Source of the DNA: an uncultured virus (IMG/VR IMGVR_UViG_3300033120_000711)
Taxonomy: Duplodnaviria; Heunggongvirae; Uroviricota; Caudoviricetes
Direction: 5' to 3' (one strand)
IMG/VR virus record: IMGVR_UViG_3300033120_000711
Length of the DNA: 20,000 nt
Part shown: in pieces, positions 1 to 7,044 of the stretch
How positions within the stretch are numbered: position 1 is the first letter of the stretch
Layout: each line of letters begins with the position of its first letter
Notes under the pieces: generated by a model
The model's input: the letters and a program-made list of their open reading frames with translations, nothing else
What the model was told of the DNA's origin: nothing
Databases searched by the model: none
Position numbers and translations under genes: made by a program

Positions 1-62
1 CCAAGTCCGGTTGCTTCCATTCCACGCTGAATAGCGCCATCCAAATCAAATTTCTCTGTCAT
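1..62 (-). CDS. 5' part of an ORF running off the window (MTEKFDLDGAIQRGMEATGLG...)
   Basis: ATG at 62 preceded by a GAGGAG SD and by the conserved TATA-like motif at 101-115; frame open to the window edge. Confidence 0.6.
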   Translation of the reverse strand, partial: MTEKFDLDGAIQRGMEATGL

Positions 63-113
63 AAAAGGGAACTCCTCTTGATACTTAAGTAATAACCTAA
101 TAGAATAAATAGT

Positions 114-380
114 TTACGGCCTACCACATAATCCTTCATAATTACCCCAACCGTTTTCGGGGTTAAACTGTTTATGCTTCTCGGGATTAGATAGCAGCTC
201 ATTTAGACCTGATGTTAACGGTTCGATCAACTCTTTTGCAGTCTTAATTCCGATTTCTTCAGGTCTCCAGATATACTTGTAAATTCCTGCTACGTTTGCT
301 ATCTGATTTAAATTATGTGTTATATTAGCTGAATATACAAGATCTCCTTCTATGGTTTCTAAATATACGTCTAGTGACAT
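114..380 (-). CDS. Conserved phage hypothetical protein (MSLDV...NITHNL...NPENGWG family), possibly C-terminally truncated
   Basis: Track ORF 114..416; ATG at 380 with GGAG SD is the better start; motifs recalled from a common phage family. Confidence 0.75.
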   Translation of the reverse strand: MSLDVYLETIEGDLVYSANITHNLNQIANVAGIYKYIWRPEEIGIKTAKELIEPLTSGLNELLSNPEKHKQFNPENGWGNYEGLCGRP

Positions 381-390
381 TTTTTTACTC

Positions 391-1089
391 CTACAAGTAT
401 TTCTCCAGTCCCTCATTATATATTTCTTCGTGGTCTCCTAAATATTGACCAGGTTTCTTATCTGCTCTTACGTATTTTGCCATAAAATCAAGTCGTCCTT
501 CTCTTTCAACTCTATAAACTGCTCCTTCCGCTAATTCTAAGGCTCCATGATGACCAAACTCTCCTATAAGTTTATCTACCTCTTGAATAGTTATGGGACC
601 TCCCTCGTGAAGAAGATAGGGTCTTGGGAAGAAAGAAGGAACAATGGAATTAAAAACATCTAATGTTTTAGCTCCACCGGGGCCTAATAGGTCAAATGCT
701 ACAAAAGGTTCATGTTGAAGTTTGTATTTTGTTCCATGAGCCTGGGCCATCCATTCTCCACACAATCTTTGATTATTTTCCAAGAACTCGAATTCATTTT
801 GATTTTTATAAAACCAATCAGAAAAGAGACGATGTTGTTTATATTTTGATGTATTTGCTTGCCATCCTTTACGGGTAACTGGTACTAAAATTTCATTAAT
901 TCGTGCTACCGCACAAGAGCTGCCATCTAATTTCTCTTGGATAATTATTTTATCGTTTTTGTCGCGCATCTTGCGAGTACAAATTTTATCCATTCCTTCA
1001 TTCACAAAGAAGTCTCCTTTTTCGGCGTGAGACCCAAGTAGATGAGGAATTCTGTGATAAGCTTTGCGATCTAGGATTTTGGTTGGAAT
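391..1089 (-). CDS. ATP-dependent RNA ligase (Rnl2-like nucleotidyltransferase domain)
   Basis: Motif I EKLDGS plus GEW, FVAFD, EGAVYR and AKYV. The frame stays open upstream of the track start (1005) through KILDRKAYHRIPHLLGS to an ATT at 1089 behind GAGGTGAT. Confidence 0.85.
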   Translation of the reverse strand: MPTKILDRKAYHRIPHLLGSHAEKGDFFVNEGMDKICTRKMRDKNDKIIIQEKLDGSSCAVARINEILVPVTRKGWQANTSKYKQHRLFSDWFYKNQNEFEFLENNQRLCGEWMAQAHGTKYKLQHEPFVAFDLLGPGGAKTLDVFNSIVPSFFPRPYLLHEGGPITIQEVDKLIGEFGHHGALELAEGAVYRVEREGRLDFMAKYVRADKKPGQYLGDHEEIYNEGLEKYL

Positions 1090-1093
1090 AGGA

Positions 1094-2179
1094 TCACCTC
1101 TTAAATTTTAAATCAAAATATTCTTTTGCGATTTCAGGATATTTAATTTCAAAATTCCTCATTGTTCTATATGCAATATGTTTCTCGCCATGCGCCTTAC
1201 AAAACTCTCTAAAAGACATTCTTTTGAAAAGTGCGGGCTGATTACACCATCTTGAGACATGAGTATATAATTTTTCAAATTTGCTTCCTTTAAAAGAATT
1301 ATAGCGCATTATATAGGGTTCACATTTATAGTTAATTAATAATTTTATTCTAAGGAGCATGTTTTCTATATCTTTTAAATCTTGTGATTCATGGGCAACT
1401 AAAACATATAGTTTTGTATTTTTATTTGTAATTTGTTTCCACATTTGTAATTTAGATTCAATTAAACTATAGTCTTTAATGTTATCAAAAGCAAATATAA
1501 AATCACCATCATACTTACATGAAGCTAATATTTGTGCGGTTTTCTCATTTAGTAGTCTTAGATCTAATCCTTGTTTAAATTGAAACTTTTTCTTTGTTGA
1601 AATTAAACTTTGTAGAATATCTGTATAATTATGGTATCCAAGGAAATTATCATCTAATAGACATATTAACTTTCTTTTTTGATCTATAAATTCGTTAATC
1701 GGAGAATGAAGCTCTACCTTATTATAATTTTTATTTACACAAAAATCACAATGTCTAAAACATCCTCGCGTAGTAAATCCTATTGAATAGTCAGTGTAAT
1801 ACTTTATTTTTTTTAAAGAAATTCCTGACTTAATTTGTTGTTCTATCCAATTATTATATAATGAATAATCGGGAAAGGAATGCTCTATTTTTTGTTCAAG
1901 CGGCACGGCATTTTCTAAGAAGAATCCAGTTCCGCCATATTCTAAATTGTGAATTTTATTTAAATCTATAGGTATTTTAGCGTCGGTAAATGCGCTGGAT
2001 AGAAAAATCTTATCATATTTTTCTAGATTATTATAATTTAAGAGTAAACCTGTATTATAACCTCTTGTTTTATAATATGAACTAATTTTCATTAAAGCTA
2101 GATTAGGAAACCTATGATTTTTTCGGCCTAGAAGGTCAGCATCTATAAGTCCAATTCTCTTCGAAATAAAATCACCCAT
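1094..2179 (-). CDS. Radical SAM protein with N-terminal FPNLALMKIS (B12-binding-like) region
   Basis: TRGCFRHCDFC (CxxxCxxC), LLDDNFL, QGLDLRL; 361 aa; ATG 18 nt after the promoter motif and no SD, so probably leaderless. Confidence 0.85.
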   Translation of the reverse strand: MGDFISKRIGLIDADLLGRKNHRFPNLALMKISSYYKTRGYNTGLLLNYNNLEKYDKIFLSSAFTDAKIPIDLNKIHNLEYGGTGFFLENAVPLEQKIEHSFPDYSLYNNWIEQQIKSGISLKKIKYYTDYSIGFTTRGCFRHCDFCVNKNYNKVELHSPINEFIDQKRKLICLLDDNFLGYHNYTDILQSLISTKKKFQFKQGLDLRLLNEKTAQILASCKYDGDFIFAFDNIKDYSLIESKLQMWKQITNKNTKLYVLVAHESQDLKDIENMLLRIKLLINYKCEPYIMRYNSFKGSKFEKLYTHVSRWCNQPALFKRMSFREFCKAHGEKHIAYRTMRNFEIKYPEIAKEYFDLKFKR

Positions 2180-2235
2180 GTAGGGTTTAACGTTTATAGA
2201 ATAAATAGTTATTGGTTAACTAAAATAGGGAGAGA

Positions 2236-2348
2236 TCCCAAGGGGAGAATTATTGAGTCCGAGAGGAGCAGCGGACTCCGCGTCGGAAGAGAGGCAGAAC
2301 GACGCGAGGGAAGGTAGCGAACGATGGATATAAAATATTCCCTTGGGA
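2236..2348 (-). ncRNA. Putative structured small RNA (closing stem plus two GC-rich hairpins)
   Basis: TCCCAAGGG(2236-2244)/CCCTTGGGA(2340-2348); GAGTCCG(2255-2261)/CGGACTC(2272-2278); CGCGTCG(2279-2285)/CGACGCG(2300-2306); minus-strand TATA-like motif at 2371-2385. Confidence 0.6.
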
Positions 2349-2393
2349 CAAACTAATTCTATTTTCTTAATAGTATAAATAGATTGCGCTTGT

Positions 2394-2795
2394 TTAAAGG
2401 GGATTCTCAGTGAAAATGTCATAATCTAGATCGCGACCCACGTTTTGAATTCGTCCAAATTCATCCCCGTAATACCATGCCTGTTTTCGAAGATCTGCTT
2501 TCTGCGCTTGTCGTCTTCTAGATCTTAATCTGTGATCTTTGCAATATTTACAGTGACCGCGACATGTCTGACGATATGGGTGGTAATCGCTCCAGAATGG
2601 TTCCGATGGTTGAGGGTTATTTAAATTTATATGTCTTCTTTTATCTAAATCAAATATTTCTGATTTGGTAGTATATTTTTGATATTTTATAGGAAATCTT
2701 CCAGTTTCTGTAGTAATCCATCCCTTAAATCCGGGTCCGCCTTCAGTGGGCTTCTTGTTGTAAGCCCTTCGTGTCCTAGTCAATTTTTTCACCAA
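2394..2795 (-). CDS. Basic hypothetical protein with CxxxCxxC-like cluster (CRGHCKYCKDH)
   Basis: ORF track; Arg/Lys-rich; abuts the upstream gene. Confidence 0.7.
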   Translation of the reverse strand: MVKKLTRTRRAYNKKPTEGGPGFKGWITTETGRFPIKYQKYTTKSEIFDLDKRRHINLNNPQPSEPFWSDYHPYRQTCRGHCKYCKDHRLRSRRRQAQKADLRKQAWYYGDEFGRIQNVGRDLDYDIFTENPL

Positions 2796-3005
2796 ATCCC
2801 GTGTTCTATAAGTATTCTTTCAATTTCTTCCGATGTTTTACCTATTTTAATAAGAAGCTCTATTACTTTTTGTGTATCTTTTTCCATCCTATCCATTTGA
2901 CGGTAATAAGATTCAGGTGTTGATTTTTTTTATGCTTGCCAGAGCCGTCTTTATATCTTCTAATGGATTGACATCTTTTTCTTCTTCCCATTGGTTGTTG
3001 GGCAT
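2789..3005 (-). pseudogene. About 71-aa ORF broken by one extra A in an A8 run (MPNNQWEEEKD...IEHGIW)
   Basis: GGTGA SD before ATG 3005; removing one base from the run at 2924-2931 gives a continuous frame whose stop overlaps the next gene start. Confidence 0.6.
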
Positions 3006-3014
3006 AATCATCAC

Positions 3015-3497
3015 CTATGAAAAATCCTCAAGATTATCAAGGTCTGGTTTGCCATCTTCAAATACCAGCTTAATTTTCTTAAAATCTTTAAGACTCCCAC
3101 ATAAAAGATAATCTAAAATCGACTCTACACAATCTTTCAACATTTTCCAGCATTCAATTTCAGTTACTTCTCGATTGATGCTCATTCCTCGGCCCAGGTA
3201 TTTATACCAGGAAACTTCTATATCTTTATATTTGAAATTAAATGGTTGAATTTTGTCCTCATCCCAATTATAAGCATTAACTTCAAAAACTTTATTTGAC
3301 CACTGCCATCCTGTATTTCTAAATGGGTTTTCTACTGAGATATCTTTATTATAAAAGAAGGACTCAGCTAAGTACTCTAGGGCGGCTTCAACATAGGTTG
3401 GACATTCTAATTCTTGAGAAGGTTGTCCAAAACACATCTGTCCAAGTTCTGGTTCATATTCTGTCCTTTTATTAGACCCCTCGCGACATCTACCCAT
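3015..3497 (-). CDS. Conserved phage hypothetical protein (ELGQMCFG...WYKYLGRG)
   Basis: ORF track; GAGGG SD. Confidence 0.75.
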   Translation of the reverse strand: MGRCREGSNKRTEYEPELGQMCFGQPSQELECPTYVEAALEYLAESFFYNKDISVENPFRNTGWQWSNKVFEVNAYNWDEDKIQPFNFKYKDIEVSWYKYLGRGMSINREVTEIECWKMLKDCVESILDYLLCGSLKDFKKIKLVFEDGKPDLDNLEDFS

Positions 3498-3521
3498 TCG
3501 TAATCCCTCATTACTCTTTAG

Positions 3522-4259
3522 TTAAACCGAGATGTACTTTGTGTAATTCGAATCAAATATCTCTATGATTCCATTTTCTATTGTAGCATATCTGAATCTT
3601 GTTTTATCAAATCCTATTTTACAATATGGATCAATCATATAGAAATCCTTTATTGGTCTACACCATACAGGAGGAGTATGACCTACTATTTGTATAATAT
3701 TTGGATGAGGCTTAATCCCCTCTCCCGGACGATACCATAATACGTTATCACCAGACCAAAGGTCAATTAAAGGAGTTTTATTCAATTCATCTTTAATGAG
3801 TTCAATGTTGTTCTCTCCTTTAAAATACACCTCAGATAATCCTGCATGGGTAATTAATACATTATCGTGAATTGCGGCGACTTTAAATTCTTTTTGGATT
3901 TCAAGAATCTTTTCCTGCTCATCAAAATTTACCATATTCTGAGGCCAGATCTGTTTATTAAGAATAATGGCTGCATCGTGATTACCAATTAACAATTCTG
4001 CACCATTCTTTTTTAATATATTTATACAATCTATTGCATTAAATCCAATATCCACCAGGTCTCCGGTAAAGATCAATCTGTCAACTTCCTTATCGTATTT
4101 AGAATGTCTAAGGACATTGGTAATGAGATGGGGTGATCCATGACAGTCAGATAAAACTATGCATCGTGACGAAGGAATCCTCCTTCCACAAAAATCTTCA
4201 ACCATTCTCCTGTGATTTTCACGTTGATAAGGGGGTAAACCGTTTCTAATAATAATCAC
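3522..4259 (-). CDS. Calcineurin-like metallophosphoesterase
   Basis: SDCHG, GDLVD, GNHD, THAG and GHT motifs in the canonical order. Confidence 0.9.
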   Translation of the reverse strand: MIIIRNGLPPYQRENHRRMVEDFCGRRIPSSRCIVLSDCHGSPHLITNVLRHSKYDKEVDRLIFTGDLVDIGFNAIDCINILKKNGAELLIGNHDAAIILNKQIWPQNMVNFDEQEKILEIQKEFKVAAIHDNVLITHAGLSEVYFKGENNIELIKDELNKTPLIDLWSGDNVLWYRPGEGIKPHPNIIQIVGHTPPVWCRPIKDFYMIDPYCKIGFDKTRFRYATIENGIIEIFDSNYTKYISV

Positions 4260-4402
4260 TACTCTAAATTTATATTTTTAATTTCCTCTTTTTTAAATCT
4301 TTCCCAAGATTCTTTTCTCTGCCTTAAGAATCTTTTAATTTGCCAGTATAAACACCCAGGACAGGCGTTGAATTTATTGAGTCGGGAATGGTACATTTTC
4401 AT
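4259..4402 (-). CDS. Small basic hypothetical protein, 47 aa (MKMYHSRLNKFNACPGCLYW...)
   Basis: Manual translation; fills the gap between neighbours; its TAG overlaps the next GTG. Confidence 0.5.
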   Translation of the reverse strand: MKMYHSRLNKFNACPGCLYWQIKRFLRQRKESWERFKKEEIKNINLE

Positions 4403-4616
4403 ATACTTTTCCAACTTTTATTATGTTTGCTTCCTTATCAAATAGAATATAGTCCTCTGGTATTCCATCATTTAGAAAACTATGAACCGCTCCAGCGATA
4501 ATAAATGATTTATCCTTTCTTGGTTGGGAAATCGTAAAATATAAATTTCCTGGACACGTTTTATGGAACTTTCTTCGAGCGGCCATCACGTTTTTACTTC
4601 TATAATATTTTTTCAT
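4374..4616 (-). CDS. Hypothetical protein
   Basis: ORF track; GAGGA SD. Confidence 0.7.
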   Translation of the reverse strand: MKKYYRSKNVMAARRKFHKTCPGNLYFTISQPRKDKSFIIAGAVHSFLNDGIPEDYILFDKEANIIKVGKVYENVPFPTQ

Positions 4617-4618
4617 TT

Positions 4619-4903
4619 TCAGTCCTCATAGAATTTCATAACTTCGTGTTCATATTTTTCTTCTATTTCTCTTTCTTTAGAGGGATTCTGTTCTCTCTTT
4701 ATCCACATTTTTCTTAACATCGTATTTTTGATTTCGTCTCGTTCTAGATAATATTTAATATCTATTTCTTGTAAATCTTTAATTAATTTTGGAAGCGATT
4801 TAAGATCTAGGGATATTCCACCGTCATCTCCAGAATCTATAATTATTTTTTCTCCTACATATGGTCCATAGTTATGTATATAAACTTTAACATCTTCACT
4901 CAT
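4619..4903 (-). CDS. Hypothetical protein
   Basis: ORF track; tight packing with neighbours. Confidence 0.7.
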   Translation of the reverse strand: MSEDVKVYIHNYGPYVGEKIIIDSGDDGGISLDLKSLPKLIKDLQEIDIKYYLERDEIKNTMLRKMWIKREQNPSKEREIEEKYEHEVMKFYED

Positions 4904-4925
4904 AAAATATCCATCCTTAAAAAAT

Positions 4926-5672
4926 TTAAAGAGGGTTCGGAACCCTCGTACTATATATCTTCTTTAGTGGTCTAATTTGTGGCTCATCCTTCTCGAACGC
5001 AAGTCTCAGATATATGGTCGTGGCTGGCTCATCATAATCAAGAGTTTCAACTTCATCGAACTTCTGATTGCTTTCTCCAGATAGTCCAGTTCCTCCACCA
5101 ATGAGATTCCTTGACGCACAAAGAGATCCTAAGTCCGTATTTGAAGAAACCGAAATCTCCGAGGTTGAAACATTACCATAAGAATTGCCGCTATATGTCA
5201 TGGAATTCCAATCAGAAACCGCATAAGCGTAGACTCCCGGCATTCTCCAAGGCTTTTCTGGCTCTTTTGGAGTGTAAGGCCAAGGGTTAGCATCTGGAAG
5301 CGTAATTGTGTGGTTGATAGAATATTTTTTAGTTCCCGGTCTAAATATCGCCCGGATTAATCCCATAGAGGAATTGTTTTCTATTTGTGCTTCTTTGGCC
5401 TCTTTAGAATCTATTCTATAGGCAGTAAATCTTTGGTTAGAATACTCTGGCCTTTCAAGAACTATATTCTTCCCGGATTCAATTCTATAAGATCCACAAA
5501 ATTCGTTATCAATGTAGACTTCTACATCGCAAGGTTTTCCGTGATTATTCTCTTTGTGATGATTAGAGAGTCTTAATGAATATTGTTGTCCATGTCTCAT
5601 TATGACATAATTCTCTGAAGTTTCGGAAAGACATTCAGGAACCCTTACTGAAAATCCATTTAGGCTTGCCAT
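4926..5672 (-). CDS. Hypothetical protein: beta-rich N-terminal domain plus low-complexity Ser-rich linker
   Basis: 248-aa ORF with AAGGAGA SD. Confidence 0.8.
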   Translation of the reverse strand: MASLNGFSVRVPECLSETSENYVIMRHGQQYSLRLSNHHKENNHGKPCDVEVYIDNEFCGSYRIESGKNIVLERPEYSNQRFTAYRIDSKEAKEAQIENNSSMGLIRAIFRPGTKKYSINHTITLPDANPWPYTPKEPEKPWRMPGVYAYAVSDWNSMTYSGNSYGNVSTSEISVSSNTDLGSLCASRNLIGGGTGLSGESNQKFDEVETLDYDEPATTIYLRLAFEKDEPQIRPLKKIYSTRVPNPL

Positions 5673-5689
5673 TTTATTTGTCTCCTTTA

Positions 5690-5707
5690 CATCCTAAATT
5701 TAGGATG
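5690..5707. promoter_or_regulatory. Perfect 18-bp palindrome CATCCTAAATTTAGGATG
   Basis: Self-complementary; lies between the tRNA cluster and the SD of the next gene. Confidence 0.5.
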
Positions 5708-5710
5708 GGA

Positions 5711-5840
5711 TGCTGTATTCCCGATTCGAACGGGAGTCTATCGGAATGGTCCGACCGCCCTGCTTTCAGCCTAATATCCAAGTTCATCTGGTAGCTTTTC
5801 TTTTTACCGGCCTACTTGCATACCATTAGACCAATACAGC
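5711..5840 (-). ncRNA. tRNA-like RNA (130 nt) with expanded D-arm region and non-canonical anticodon arm
   Basis: Acceptor GCTGTAT/ATACAGC plus A; T arm TCCCG-TTCGAAT-CGGGA; about 60 extra nt; lies 4 nt downstream of tRNA-Tyr. Confidence 0.65.
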
Positions 5841-5844
5841 AAAA

Positions 5845-5919
5845 TCCGCATTACAGGAATCGAACCTGCCTAAATATTCGGTCTACAGCCGAACGCTTGT
5901 GCCAATCAGCCAAATGCGG
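5845..5919 (-). tRNA. tRNA-Tyr(GTA), archaeal-type
   Basis: Acceptor CCGCATT/AATGCGG, A73; anticodon arm TTCGG-CTGTAGA-CCGAA; T arm GCAGG-TTCGATT-CCTGT; no CCA; no intron. Confidence 0.92.
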
Positions 5920-5969
5920 GCTTTATTTACTTGAATAGGTTTCGTTTTCGTAATAATCATCAGGTAGAT

Positions 5970-6200
5970 CTAAACTATCAAATTCAAAAGTCCTTGTCTT
6001 TTATATTCGCTTAATTCTTTTCTTAAATATTTAATCTCTTCTAACGCAGCTCCATATCCCCAAGTGGAGAAAATTAGATCTGATAATTCATAAGGTAAAA
6101 GATTCCCATCTTTTATCCACTTTTCAAACCTATTTGATAGATCCTCTGCTTTGTTCGCATCAAACTCTACCATTTCTCCCATTAAATTTTTGATCATCAA
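5970..6200 (-). CDS. Hypothetical protein inside the tRNA cluster
   Basis: ORF track; AGGAGA SD. Confidence 0.7.
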   Translation of the reverse strand: MMIKNLMGEMVEFDANKAEDLSNRFEKWIKDGNLLPYELSDLIFSTWGYGAALEEIKYLRKELSEYKRQGLLNLIV

Positions 6201-6215
6201 AATCTCCTGATTATA

Positions 6216-6289
6216 TGGACGGTGGTGGGGCTCGAACCCACAGCTTCTACCATGCCAAGGTAGCGGTCTTCCAATTGGCCTACACGCCC
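6216..6289 (-). tRNA. tRNA-Ala(GGC) with a 1-nt bulge in the acceptor stem
   Basis: GGGCGTG/CACCGTCC with G3:U70; anticodon arm CTACC-TTGGCAT-GGTAG; T arm GTGGG-TTCGAGC-CCCAC. Confidence 0.88.
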
Positions 6290-6292
6290 AAA

Positions 6293-6376
6293 TGCCACCT
6301 GTCGGATTTGAACCGACGAACCCCTACGGGAAAGGATCTTAAGTCCCTCGCGTTTTCCTGACTTCGCTAAGATGGC
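6293..6376 (-). tRNA. tRNA-Leu(TAA)
   Basis: Acceptor GCCATCT/AGGTGGC; anticodon arm AGGGA-CTTAAGA-TCCTT; long variable arm; T arm GTCGG-TTCAAAT-CCGAC. Confidence 0.95.
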
Positions 6377-6397
6377 ACAATACTATTAATGTCAAAA

Positions 6398-6414
6398 TAG
6401 TATTTATAGTTTTT
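6398..6414 (-). promoter_or_regulatory. BRE/TATA-like promoter of the tRNA cluster (AAAAACTATAAATACTA)
   Basis: Matches the recurrent motif; ends 22 nt upstream of tRNA-Leu. Confidence 0.65.
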
Positions 6415-6763
6415 GGTCTTGTAGCCACTTAATTGCTTTTAAGTAAGTATCTAAAAATGCCTCTGCAATTTTGTATTTACCAAAGGATCTAAAGTTTTTA
6501 TCCGAATAGCACTCAAATGGAATAGTAATTGTTACATAATGAGTATTATGAAATTTTTCCGCGATCCAATACCATTTCCTTCTCTCTATTTCTCTTTGGA
6601 TACACCCCTGAATATAGTCTGACTCGGGAGGACTGTCATCGTAATTTTGTGCCCAACGGTCGTAATTTCCATTATATTCTCCTCCAATGTAACCAAACTC
6701 TGAAATTTCCGTCCACAACTTAAAATCTACGGATTTAAGTTCTTTAAGTTTTTCTACTAACAT
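6404..6763 (-). CDS. Hypothetical protein, paralog of 8305..8667
   Basis: Shared D-x-x-QGC(I/L)QR-x-I-x-x-RKW-x-W and A-x-LD-x-Y motifs. Confidence 0.75.
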   Translation of the reverse strand: MLVEKLKELKSVDFKLWTEISEFGYIGGEYNGNYDRWAQNYDDSPPESDYIQGCIQREIERRKWYWIAEKFHNTHYVTITIPFECYSDKNFRSFGKYKIAEAFLDTYLKAIKWLQDQKL

Positions 6764-7044
6764 AAAAGTTCCTCAATAACTTTATCTATAAAATCATTTG
6801 TACAATGGTCGTCATATTTAAAACATTTTACCCATCGTCCGTCTATAGATTCCCATTTTTCTTTAATAGCTCCAACGTCAATCCCATGACAAATTCCGTG
6901 CCAAACATCTTCTTTACTTAATTCGGTTAATGTTACTAAACCAGAAAAATAAGGTAATGGATAATGTCTACAGGCAACTAATACTTTTAGGTTCCGAGGA
7001 AGTAAGTCCCATTTTTCCTGGTTAAAGTTTCCCTTCATTTCCAT
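6757..7044 (-). CDS. Putative winged-helix DNA-binding protein
   Basis: Helical segment YFSGLV..LSKEDVW..IDVGAI followed by a beta-hairpin KEKWESIDGRWVKCF. Confidence 0.5.
   Translation of the reverse strand: MEMKGNFNQEKWDLLPRNLKVLVACRHYPLPYFSGLVTLTELSKEDVWHGICHGIDVGAIKEKWESIDGRWVKCFKYDDHCTNDFIDKVIEELLC

Noticed and set aside
2216..2422. 68-aa track ORF
   Set aside because: Overlaps the structured GC-rich element and a promoter motif; composition is unlike neighbouring genes
5711..5840. tmRNA or ordinary tRNA-Trp/Met
   Set aside because: Too short for tmRNA and lacks G3:U70; the CCAT loop lacks U33 and 7-nt geometry
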